A stretch of 64,000 nt of DNA from Planctomycetota bacterium (GTDB taxonomy: Bacteria > Planctomycetota > SZUA-567 > H5-PLA8), in the NCBI GenBank assembly GCA_038227875.1, contig JBBRPR010000013.1, positions 32,001-96,000 on the forward strand, written 5' to 3'. Both the position numbers and the translations under genes were made by a program. Under the pieces are notes generated by a model. It was given only the letters and a program-made list of their open reading frames with translations. It made no database searches and was not told where the DNA came from. Of the stretch, positions 19,565-31,400 are shown in pieces. The first letter of the stretch is position 1; each line of letters opens with the position of its first letter.

Positions 19565-19702
19565 TCACGCAAAGCCGCGAAGACGCAAAAAAACGGGATT
19601 CGGGATTTGGGAATCGGGATTCTCCGCATCCAGCTTCGCGACGAATCCCGATTCCCCATACCCGAATCCCGTTGTACTTTGCGTCTTTGCGGCTTTGCGT
19701 GA
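19565..19702. repeat. 138-bp nested inverted-repeat element (REP/MITE-like) between convergent genes
   Basis: Outer 25-bp arms with 1 mismatch; inner 31-bp GGGATTC-rich arms with 3 mismatches. Confidence 0.85.
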
Positions 19703-19712
19703 GATGAGCCGT

Positions 19713-20915
19713 TTACTTCACGGCCTTGACCACCTTCTCCGCTGCTTCGCTCAGCGTGGATGCGCTTTGAATGGGCAGGCCGCTTTCGGCGAGCTTCTTT
19801 TTGCCGAGTTCCACGTTGGTGCCTTCCAGGCGGACGACCAGCGGGACTTTCAGGTTCACTTCCTTCACGGCGGCGATGACGCCTTCGGCGATGATGTCGC
19901 ACTTCATGATGCCGCCGAAAATGTTGACGAGGATCGCCTTCACCTTCGGGTCGTTGAGGATGATCTTGAACGCGGCGGTGACTTTCTCCTTGGTCGCGCC
20001 GCCGCCGACGTCGAGGAAGTTGGCGGGCTGGCGGCCGTAAAGCTGGATCACGTCCATCGTCGCCATCGCCAGTCCGGCGCCGTTGACCAGGCAGCCGATA
20101 TCGCCGTCGAGCTGAATGTAGCTGAGGTCGTACTTCTTCGCTTCGATCTCGTTCGGGTCTTCTTCGTTGAGGTCGCGGAGTTCTTCGACGTCCTTGTGGC
20201 GGTAGAGCGCGTTGTCGTCGAAGTTAATCTTGGCGTCGAGCGCGACGACCTGACCTTCCTGCGTGACGACCAGCGGATTGATTTCAGCCAGCGAGCAATC
20301 CAGTTCGGCGAAGGCCTTGGCCATCGCGATCAGGAACGAGACGCCGCTCTTGAAGGCATCGCCGGAGAGGCCGAGGAAAAACGCGATGCGGCGCGCGGCG
20401 TGCGGATAGAGGCCTTCGCGCGGATCGAAGTGAACTTTCAAAATCTTCTCGGGATGCTTCTCGGCGACTTCTTCGATGTCCATGCCGCCTTCGGTACTGG
20501 CCATGATCACGGGCAGGCCGACGGTGCGGTCGATCACGATCGAGAGGTACAGTTCGCGGGCGATCTTGCTGCCGGATTCAATGTACACGCGCTTGACGAT
20601 GCGTCCGCCGGGTCCGGTTTGCTTGGTGACGAGCAGATTGTTGAGCAATTTGGTGGCGTAGTCCTTGGTCTCGGCCGCGGACTTGGCGATCTTGACGCCG
20701 CCTTCCATGATCAGCTTCGAATGGTCTTTCGGATCGAACACCTTGCCTTTGCCGCGGCCGCCGGCGTGGATCTGGCTTTTCACGGCGCAGATGGCGACGC
20801 CCAATTCGTTGTAGGCGCTCTCGGCTTCCGCCGGGGTGTAAGCAACTTTGCCCTTGGGGACGGCGACTCCGTATTTCGCGAGGAGTTGTTTTGCCTGGTG
20901 TTCGTGAATGTTCAT
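19713..20915 (-). CDS. sucC: Succinate--CoA ligase (ADP-forming) beta subunit
   Basis: [62 protein letters not shown]. Confidence 0.97.
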   Translation of the reverse strand: MNIHEHQAKQLLAKYGVAVPKGKVAYTPAEAESAYNELGVAICAVKSQIHAGGRGKGKVFDPKDHSKLIMEGGVKIAKSAAETKDYATKLLNNLLVTKQTGPGGRIVKRVYIESGSKIARELYLSIVIDRTVGLPVIMASTEGGMDIEEVAEKHPEKILKVHFDPREGLYPHAARRIAFFLGLSGDAFKSGVSFLIAMAKAFAELDCSLAEINPLVVTQEGQVVALDAKINFDDNALYRHKDVEELRDLNEEDPNEIEAKKYDLSYIQLDGDIGCLVNGAGLAMATMDVIQLYGRQPANFLDVGGGATKEKVTAAFKIILNDPKVKAILVNIFGGIMKCDIIAEGVIAAVKEVNLKVPLVVRLEGTNVELGKKKLAESGLPIQSASTLSEAAEKVVKAVK

Positions 20916-21198
20916 GCCGGTCTCCGAAAACGTTGATGTCTCTACGCGCTAATGCGATTGGTGCTCACCATAAGATGAAGATTGTAACTGCGCAAGCTCA
21001 TAGGCGCGCACGGGCAAAGTAGTGCGGTTGCGAGTTGTGATCCAGTCCAGATCCTCAGGAAAATTTTCCTTATGTTGACTTTTGACCACTACGAGAACCT
21101 CCCTGGCGATCTGGGGGTCCGATTCCCAACCCAATTTCAATATCTCAATACTTTTGTAGGAAAATATGACAGTTAAAACATATAAGTTATTGTAGTTT

Positions 21199-23222
<2,024 letters not shown>

Positions 23223-23437
23223 CGGGGGCGCTCAGCGGATTCAGGGCATCGCGTATGATTCGTGTTTACCGCAAGTAATCTCTGTCCGGCTAAAAGTGGT
23301 CGGTCGTCGGTGCGGGGCTTGCATCGTATCTGAGGCGCAACGGCCAAATTCGCTTGAGCGTTTTCGCAATTTCCGTCCGGCTAATAGTTGTCGGTACTGA
23401 TTGGCTTAGCAGTCGCAGTGGGCGCGGCTGAAGCCAC

Positions 23438-23532
23438 AACCCTTACAGGGTTGCTCCGCGCGCTGGGGCATTTACCCAGGGTAGCGCTGCGGCGCAACCC
23501 TGGGCTTTATAGACATTAGCCCGTTGGGCTAA
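23438..23532. repeat. Three-hairpin REP-like element
   Basis: AACCCT-TAC-AGGGTT; CCCAGGGTAGCGC-TGCG-GCGCAACCCTGGG; TTAGCCC-GTT-GGGCTAA. Confidence 0.7.
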
Positions 23533-23656
23533 GTGGCTAAACGTGCTCGTCACTTCGCTCGATGGAGTTGCGGTATCGCGAAGCAACGTTTGCTCTCGCG
23601 GTAGAGATAGCGCCGAGCAGTTAAAGTATTCCGCACAGGAATTGGGGGTAGGCTGA

Positions 23657-23678
23657 CCGGGCGAGACGCCCGGACTAC
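23657..23678 (-). repeat. GTAG-type REP palindrome
   Basis: Minus strand reads GTAGT-CCGGGCG-TCT-CGCCCGG, i.e. a GTAG tetranucleotide followed by a hairpin. Confidence 0.6.
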
Positions 23679-23720
23679 AAAGGGCTCGCGAATTCCGCGT
23701 CCAATTTCCGCCGTTGCTGT

Positions 23721-23748
23721 TCTTTGCGTCTTTGCGGCTTTGCGCGAG
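23721..23748. repeat. Second copy of the outer arm of the 19565-19702 element
   Basis: CTTTGCGTCTTTGCGGCTTTGCGCGAGA vs CTTTGCGTCTTTGCGGCTTTGCGTGAGA at 19677-19704 (1 mismatch). Confidence 0.85.
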
Positions 23749-23776
23749 ATTTAAAAACCCGCGTCTTCGCGAGAGA

Positions 23777-25309
23777 TTAGAACTCCACCTGCAGGCTCAA
23801 GACCGCGCTGTTGTTCTTCACCTCGCGGACTTGGCGGTCGGCGTTGTCGACGTTCGATTCTTCGCGCGTCCAGTTGTAGTTGAGCTGGAGCTTGGTGTTC
23901 TCGCTGAGGTAGTAGTTCACGCCGGCCGTGTAGACTTCCGTCTTGAAGACGTCGAGGCGGCGGTCCGGATCGACGAGGTCGTGGTAGAAAAGGTTCTGCA
24001 TGACATCGTAGCGGAACGCGAATTCGAAGGGCTTGGCCCAGCACGCCAGGTTGTCGGCAAAGGCGCTCTGACTGAGGCGGTATCCGGCGGCGACGTTCCA
24101 GCCGTCGATGATGAACGGCGCGGGATCGACGGTGATCACGGAGAGGCCCGATTGCGCTTCGTTCGGCGCGAAACGGTCGCGGTACTGGCCCCATTCGCCG
24201 CGCACCCACATACCGCGGACGGGTCCGCCGGGATGGTACATCGCCCAGGCGTATTCCAGTCCGTGCGTCGTGCGGCGGCGGTCGAGTCCATTGACCGGAT
24301 CGGTTCCTTCCAACGGGCCGCCGGCTTCGCCACCGACGCCGTAAAGGATGCTGAATCCCAATTCCAACGTGCCCCATTTTTCCGGATCCCGGACGGCCAG
24401 CACTTTCAGCGTCGCGGCAATGTCCTTCTGATCGTTGTCGTCGGAGCGGTTGGCGCGGTGCTGGAAGGCGGTGCCGGCATCGTCGAAGACGCCGACCCAG
24501 TAGTTGATTCGGTCGTCGAGCCAGTAACCGTGAACCTGGAGACCCAGGTCGCGCAGATCCGCCAGTTGCGTGATCATGGCGCGCTCGACAAAGTCGAGGT
24601 TGCCGCTGTCGCGCGAGCCTTCTTCGCCCAGCTGGCGGCGCATTTCGCCGATGCGAAAATCGTGGTGCGGGACGAAGTCGTGGTAGTCGATCCAGGCTTC
24701 CTGCAACAGGCGGTTATTGGTGCCGACGCCGGAGTAAAAATTGCGCGGATCGGAGAACGGTGCTGCCAGCGTCGCGTCGCAATTGCAGGGCGAATAGAAC
24801 AGCGCCGAGCCGTCCGGACCGCTGGCCTGATTGGTGGGAAAGCCAGGGAACGCGGTGGCTTCGTTGGACGGGTCCATCATCACGTGCGCGCGGATGTTGC
24901 AGTCGAGGTCGTAGTCGAAACGGAGTTCCGAACGGCGGATGCGGAAGGAATCGTTGTCGGCCGTCGAATTGACAATGACCGTCCCGCCGCGGGGATCGGC
25001 CTGAACCTGTTGCGCGTCGACCCAGTTCTTGCGATCGTTCTGAATCGAATAGGCCCAGACCTGGAGCAGTCCACCGATGGTCAGGTGGCCGCCGCGGGTC
25101 TGCACGTCCAGCGATTCACACGCTTCGTGAACGGCGATGCTATGCTCGACGGCCACGCCGACAGCGGGCTCGTTTTTGGCGACGAGTTCCTTGCGCAGGT
25201 CTTCAACTTCCTTGCGCAGATCCGTGATCGTGTCTTCTTCGGCGTTAACAGCTGGTGCGAGGACAGCAAACAACACTGCCACCATGGGCCACAAGAGACT
25301 TTTCAACAT
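23777..25309 (-). CDS. Outer-membrane beta-barrel porin (OprO/OprP-like)
   Basis: Signal peptide; N-terminal coiled coil; FRIRRSELRF, LDFVERA, RDLGLQVHG, TAGVNYY; ends LQVEF (C-terminal Phe). Confidence 0.8.
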   Translation of the reverse strand: MLKSLLWPMVAVLFAVLAPAVNAEEDTITDLRKEVEDLRKELVAKNEPAVGVAVEHSIAVHEACESLDVQTRGGHLTIGGLLQVWAYSIQNDRKNWVDAQQVQADPRGGTVIVNSTADNDSFRIRRSELRFDYDLDCNIRAHVMMDPSNEATAFPGFPTNQASGPDGSALFYSPCNCDATLAAPFSDPRNFYSGVGTNNRLLQEAWIDYHDFVPHHDFRIGEMRRQLGEEGSRDSGNLDFVERAMITQLADLRDLGLQVHGYWLDDRINYWVGVFDDAGTAFQHRANRSDDNDQKDIAATLKVLAVRDPEKWGTLELGFSILYGVGGEAGGPLEGTDPVNGLDRRRTTHGLEYAWAMYHPGGPVRGMWVRGEWGQYRDRFAPNEAQSGLSVITVDPAPFIIDGWNVAAGYRLSQSAFADNLACWAKPFEFAFRYDVMQNLFYHDLVDPDRRLDVFKTEVYTAGVNYYLSENTKLQLNYNWTREESNVDNADRQVREVKNNSAVLSLQVEF

Positions 25310-25368
25310 CCCCCCCTTACTACTTCAATTTCTTGTCGAGTCGTCTGAGATTGACGTGCCGAACTATA

Positions 25369-25402
25369 GTCGGCTGGAACCTTGACACAAGTTCCAGCCG
25401 AC
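25369..25402. other. Intergenic 12-bp perfect stem between the adhesin and porin genes (terminator or mRNA-stabilising hairpin)
   Basis: GTCGGCTGGAAC-10 nt-GTTCCAGCCGAC. Confidence 0.55.
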
Positions 25403-25431
25403 ACTTGAGGACATTTTTTTACTTTTTGAAA

Positions 25432-28400
25432 TTAATGATAGAGCTGGCCGCCCACGTTCTTCCTGGCCTTATAGGTTTGCGGTGACCTTACGCCATAGGT
25501 GGAGGCGCCCAATTTGACGCTGATCTGAGCCGGGGCCAGCGCGGTCGCCTTTACGTCGGCATTGACCACGCCGGTCATGGAGTGCTGGATATCCATGTTG
25601 GAGAGCGTGAGCTGAACGCGCCAGTTCTTGCCGCTGCGCTGGACCTGGACGATTGCATTGCGCGTGCGGTAGCGGCCCTTGGCATCCAGCGTCGCATTGA
25701 AGATGTAGCCGTTGAGCCTGAACTGCGTGGGCAGGTTGGCAGGGTTGAAATCGGCGGGCAGCGCCAGTGTCGTCAGGAAGACCAGGCGATCGGCGTTGGC
25801 CTTGCGGAAGTTGAAGCGTGCGGCGAAGCACTGGACCGCGTTGACCTTCAGATCGCTGCCACCGGACAAGGAGACCATCGACAGGTCGTTCTGATCGATG
25901 ACGCTGTCGTTGGGCGTGGAGTTCGGGTCCATCTGGTCGGAGCTGGAGACCTGCGCCACGTTCATGATTTCACCTTCTTGAACCACCTTGGTGGCCAGCG
26001 TCAGGACTTTGACTTCACCCACCTTGACGGTGCCGACCGTCCAGATGCCGGTGTCGCTGGCGAAGGCGCCCTGCGTCGCCGACGAGGAGACGTACTCCAG
26101 GCCCGCGGGGAGTTGGTCGGAGACGGCGACATTCGTTGCGATATCCGGACCGGCGTTGGTCAAGGTGATCGTGTACGTCGCGATGCCGCCGAAGTCGACC
26201 TTGGTGCTATCGACGGTCTTGGTCAACATCAGATCCGCCAGCTGCGGCGTTACCGTGGCCGACGCCGTGTTGTCGTCTGGGTTGGTGTCGGGCTGGTCGC
26301 TGCTGGTGAGCGAGACGACGTTGGTCAGCGAGTTGATCACGGTCAGGTGCGTACCGACCGTCAGCGTCGCCGACGCGCCGTTGATCAGCGTGCCGAGCGT
26401 CCACTTGCCGCTGGCCGCGTCGTAACTTCCCTGCGAGGCGGTGGCACTGACGAAGTCCAGACCCACTGGCAGCAGATCCGTGTAGACGACGCTAGTCGCC
26501 GTGTTCGGCCCCTGGTTGGTGACCTTGATGGTGAAGGTCGCCAGGTCGACGCGGCTGGGATGATTGTTGTCCACCACCTTGGTGACAGCGAGATTCATCT
26601 TCTCGGCAAGCGTGGTGACGCTGGCCTGATCGTCTTCGGTCGGGACGTGGTTGTTGGGCGTGGAATCGATGTCCGGCTGGTCGCAGGCGGTGACTTCGGC
26701 GGTGTTGGTGATGGCGTTGACGGTGATCACCTTGGCCTGGATTTGGAGCGTGGCGTTGCCATTGCTGGTGAGCGTGCCGACCGACCAGAGACCAGTGCCG
26801 TTGACAAAGCTTCCCTGCGACGGCGTGGAGCCGACGAAGACGAGACCGGCCGGCAACACGTCGGTGACGTCGACATGAGTGGCCGTATTCGGTCCGGCGT
26901 TGGAGACCTTGACCGTGTAGGTAACGACATCGTTGAGGTTGGGCGTGCTGTTGTCGATGACCTTGGTCAGCGACAGATCCACGAGCTGAGCGGCGATGGT
27001 GGCGCTGGCCTGGTCGTCTTCCGTCGGCACGTGATTGTTGGGCGTCGAATCGCTATCCGGCTGGTCGCAGGCGGTGACTTCGGCGGTGTTGGTCACGGCG
27101 TTGACGGTGAGGACCGTGGCCTTGAGCTGCAGCGTGGCGTTGCCGTTGCTGGTGAGCGTACCGACCGTCCAGATGCCGGTGCCGCTGACGAAACTTCCCT
27201 GCGACGGCGTGGCGCTGACGAAGCCGAGCGCCGCGGGGAGCACGTCGGTGACGGCGACGTTGGTGGCGGTGTTCGGCCCGGCATTGGAGACCTGAATCGT
27301 GAACGTGACCACGTCGTTGATGTTGGGGTTGGTGATGTCGACGACTTTCGTCAGCGAGAGGTCCACGATCTGGCCGGCGATGGTGGCGCTGGCCTGGTCG
27401 TCTTCCGACGGGAGGTGGTTGTTGGGCGTCGAATCGCTATCCGGCTGGTCGCAGGCGGTGACTTCGGCGGTGTTGGTCACGGCATTGACCGTAAGGACCG
27501 TGGCTTGGATCAGCAGCGTGGCGCTGCCGTTTTTGGCGAGCGTGCCGACCGTCCAGATGCCGGTGCCGCTGACGTAGCTGCCCTGCGAGGGGGTCGAGCC
27601 GACGAAGCCGACTCCCGCGGGCAGTATGTCGGTGACAGCGACGTTGGTGGCGGTATTCGGTCCGGCGTTGGAGACCGTGATCGTGTAGGTGATCACGTCA
27701 TTGATATTCGGGTTGGTGATGTCGACGACTTTCGTCAGCGAGAGGTCCACGATCTGGCCGGCGATGGTCACGCTGGCCTGGTCGTCTTCTCCGGGAGCAT
27801 TGTTGCCGGGCGTCGAATCCGGATCGGGCTGATCGCAAGCGCTGACTTGGGCTGTGTTGGTCACCGCGCTGACCGTGAGCACAGTGGCCTTGATCTGCAA
27901 GGTCTTGTTGGCGCCGCTGGCGATCGTACCCACGGTCCAAATGCTCGTACCGTTGTTGTAGCTGCCCTGCGAGGCGAGCGACGAGACGAAGCTTATGCCC
28001 GCTGGCAGAACGTCGGTGACGGCCACGTTGGTCGCAGTATCGGGACCGGAGTTGAAAACGGTGATCGTGTAGGTGATCACGTCATTGATGTTCGGGTTGG
28101 GGATGTCCACGGTCTTGGTCAGCGAGAGATCGCAGGTGATGAAGTGCTTGCCGAAGAGGTAGTTGGCCGCCGTCACGCCGGCGGGCAAGTTGAGGTTGAT
28201 GTGATCGTTGGGCGCGCTGAAGGTCGTGCCGCCTTGCGTGCCAACGGTATTGATGCCGCTGCTATAGCCGGGGGGATTGGTGGGTTCCGTCAGCGTGTAG
28301 CCGCTGACGTCGCTGGGGCGCAGCCCGAGGAAGCTGAAGAACCCGTTGACGTCGGTGTTAATGGTCAGCGACACGGCATTGCCGAGGTCGTCGTTGCCGG

Positions 28401-31400
28401 TGAGGTTGATGGTGTTGCCCGACAGGCCGATTTCGGCACCGGTCTTCAAGCCGTCGTTGTTCGCGTCGTGGTAGACATAGCCATTGATGTTGGCGAACTG
28501 GCGTTCGCCAAAGTTGTTGTTGGTGCCAGTCACGTTTTCATTCAGCGTGATGTTGGAGATCGCATCGCCAGGCGGAGCTGTGACTGTACCGCTGCCCTGC
28601 GAGCCGACGTTGTCGAAGTAATCCGCGAAGGCCACGGGTTGAGTTTCAGTGATGGTATAGGTGCCCGGTCGCAGGCCCGTGAAGTTGTACGCGCCGGCTC
28701 CGGCGGTCGTCAGGACGACGCTGCCAATGGAGGCACCGGTGTCGTCAGTTCCGGTCAGCGTAACGATCACACCGTTGATGCCCACGTCACCGGCGTTGAA
28801 GGTCTTGCTGGCGTCGCGGTCGTCGTAGACCGTACCTCCGAGGCTGGACGGGAGAAGTTCGCCGAAGTTGTAGTTGATGCCGTTGCTGGTGGCACCCGTT
28901 GGGATCACGATGTTGGTGATCTGGTTGCTGCCAAACCCGCCGGAGGTGCCGCCCACAGGCGTGCCAGCCTTGTTCTTACCGTCGATGTAGCCGACAGGAT
29001 GCGTCACGACAATGGAGTACGTACCCGGACGGAGGTTGCCGAAAGTGTAGCCGCCCAGTGGCACGCCAGGATTGGTCGTGGTGGTGAGAGTGACGGGGTT
29101 GCCGAGGTAGTCGGTACCGGTCAGCGTCACGGTGACATTGCCCAGCCCCGTGTCTCCGACATCGATGTTGGCATTGTTGTTCACGTCGTGGAAGACAAAA
29201 CCCGAGATCGAATTGGCGCGGATGGTCAGCGTGTCGGTGCTGCTGACGGGCGGCTCGTTGCGTTCACCCGCGTCGACTCCCGGCAGCGTGGTCGCCTGCG
29301 TGACCGTGGCGGTGTTGGATACGACCTGCGACGGCGTCAAGGTGGTCTTCAGAGCCACCGTAAACGTAAACGTCGCCGTGCTGCCCGCGCCGGTGAAGGG
29401 CATCGTGCCACCGGTGTATTGGATCAGTCCGCCTCCGCTGATTGAGAATGTGAATCCGGCGGCTGTCGTAATGGGCGCCACCGACCCAATCACGAATTGC
29501 GTCGGATCCAGTTGATCCTGGATGATCGTATCGAACGAGGTTGATGTGCCGGTGTTGGTGACGGTCAGGCTGACGTTCACTGTGTCGCCGGCATCAGCGA
29601 CGGTCTGGACGATGTTCTTGACGATGCCCATCTTCGGTTCCACGCAGGTCGTGGTGACGCCGAAGGTGTTGGGCGGATTGTTGGGGTCGACCAGAATGGC
29701 GCTCGGTGCACCTGCTGGTTGGATGTTGCTGGTACCCGCGTTGGTCATCGTGGTCTGCGAGCCGGTGAAGCCGATGTTGCCCGGAACATCCAGCACCACG
29801 GTCTGGTAGGTGAAGAAGAACGTGTTGTCTTCCAGGCTGTTGTTGCCCGGGTTGTTGATCGCGCCAAAGTCGAAGTTGACGACTGTGCCGTTGACGAAGG
29901 GACCGCCCACTTCCGTCGGAGCCGAGACGGTGCCGGCGAAAGGCGTGCTGTTGGTGCGGTTGTTAATCCCCGGATGAGCGGCCGCGATGTTCGCCGGGCA
30001 GAAGGTGGAGAGCGCAATCGTTCCTGCCAGATACTGTTGGCCGGCCGGGATGTTGTCGGTGATGCGGAAATTGTTGATCGTGCCTTCCGGAACGCTGACC
30101 GTCAGGCGGTAGGTGATCTTTTCACCGATGGTCACGTTGGCGTTGGCGGTCGACGCTTCGCTTGTGGCGACGATGGCCTTCGAGACGATTACCTGCGAGA
30201 CCGAGGTCGTCGCAACCGTGGACGAGATGGCGTAGTTGTCGAGGAAGGCATTGTTGATCGTGCCCGAGACAGGATTCGGCACGCTCTGCCCCGTGCGTTC
30301 GTCGGGATTCGCGACTTTGGTTTGACTGGTGCTGGTCCAGAAAACATTGGCCGTATTGTTGATCTGCTGCCCCGGAGAAACGCTGGCGGAGAGCGAGCCG
30401 GAAACGGTAATTACCACGGATGTTCCCGTAGCCAGATCCAGCGTCACCGCGGGGTCGCTCTGCAACACCTGATTGGGTCCGACGGTGACGATCTGGAAAT
30501 TCGCGGTCGTAGCTGCGCCAGTGACGGAGTTGATGACCGGCGATGTCAATTCCACCGGCAGGGTGTCGCCAAGCTTGACGTCGTAGGCGGTCTGGCCGCT
30601 GACGTTGCCAATGGTGATGGTATAGGTGAGCGGGTCGCCTGCGTCGGCGGCCGGAGCGCTCACGTTTTTAACCACGGTCAGGATCGGCTCGACGATGGTG
30701 AACTGCGGATTGTTGGCGTTGTTGCTGTCGGCGATTGTCGCCGTGGAGCCGGTGTTCGGATTGGTGTAGTCCAGCGTGGCCACGCCCACCAGGTTCTGGC
30801 CCGTGCGGTTGGTGGTCACGTCTGTCGAGATCACCTGCATGCGGATGATGAACTGATTGTTGTTCGTCGCGTTGTCGGCGGTGACCACCACGTCGCCGAA
30901 GGTGAACTTCGGGCCGATGCCGTCGTTACCCAGCGTTCCCGAACCGCTGCCATTGCCCAGCACCACGGCACCGAGCGAACCTGGATCGGAGAAGTCGGCG
31001 GCAAGCTGTCCGCCAGACGAGGCGGCGGCTGTGATGATCTGGAAACCGGCGCCACTGTTGAACGTCTGATCGAAGCGCAGCCCGGCAGGCAGCAGGTCAC
31101 GAACGACCACGGCCTTGTTGGTACCTTCGGCCAGAGTCACGAGGATATCGTAGGTCGCTGCTTCGCCGACGACGATGCTCGCGCCGGTGCTGCTGGCGAC
31201 GTTGGTGTCGTCGTTGGTGATCGAGCCGTCCTTGTAGCGCGCGTCGATGGACGGGACGCCGAGCGTGGTGGAGACGCTCGCGGATTTTGCGTAGTTGTTG
31301 AGTTTCGCGGCGTCTGTGCCGGAACCATTGGAACCGTCGCGTTCGCCCGTCGCAGTGCCCGCTCCGCCGGGAGTTGGCGAACCGGTGGGATTGCTGGTCG

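Noticed and set aside
20949..21140. 63-aa minus-strand ORF in the AT-rich tract upstream of sucC
   Set aside because: TTG start, no clear RBS and no motif; it may be a gene remnant but cannot be supported.
26580..28135. Near-identical repeats considered as a diversity-generating retroelement TR/VR pair
   Set aside because: In-frame tandem domain repeats, differences not evidently adenine-specific, and no reverse transcriptase in the window.
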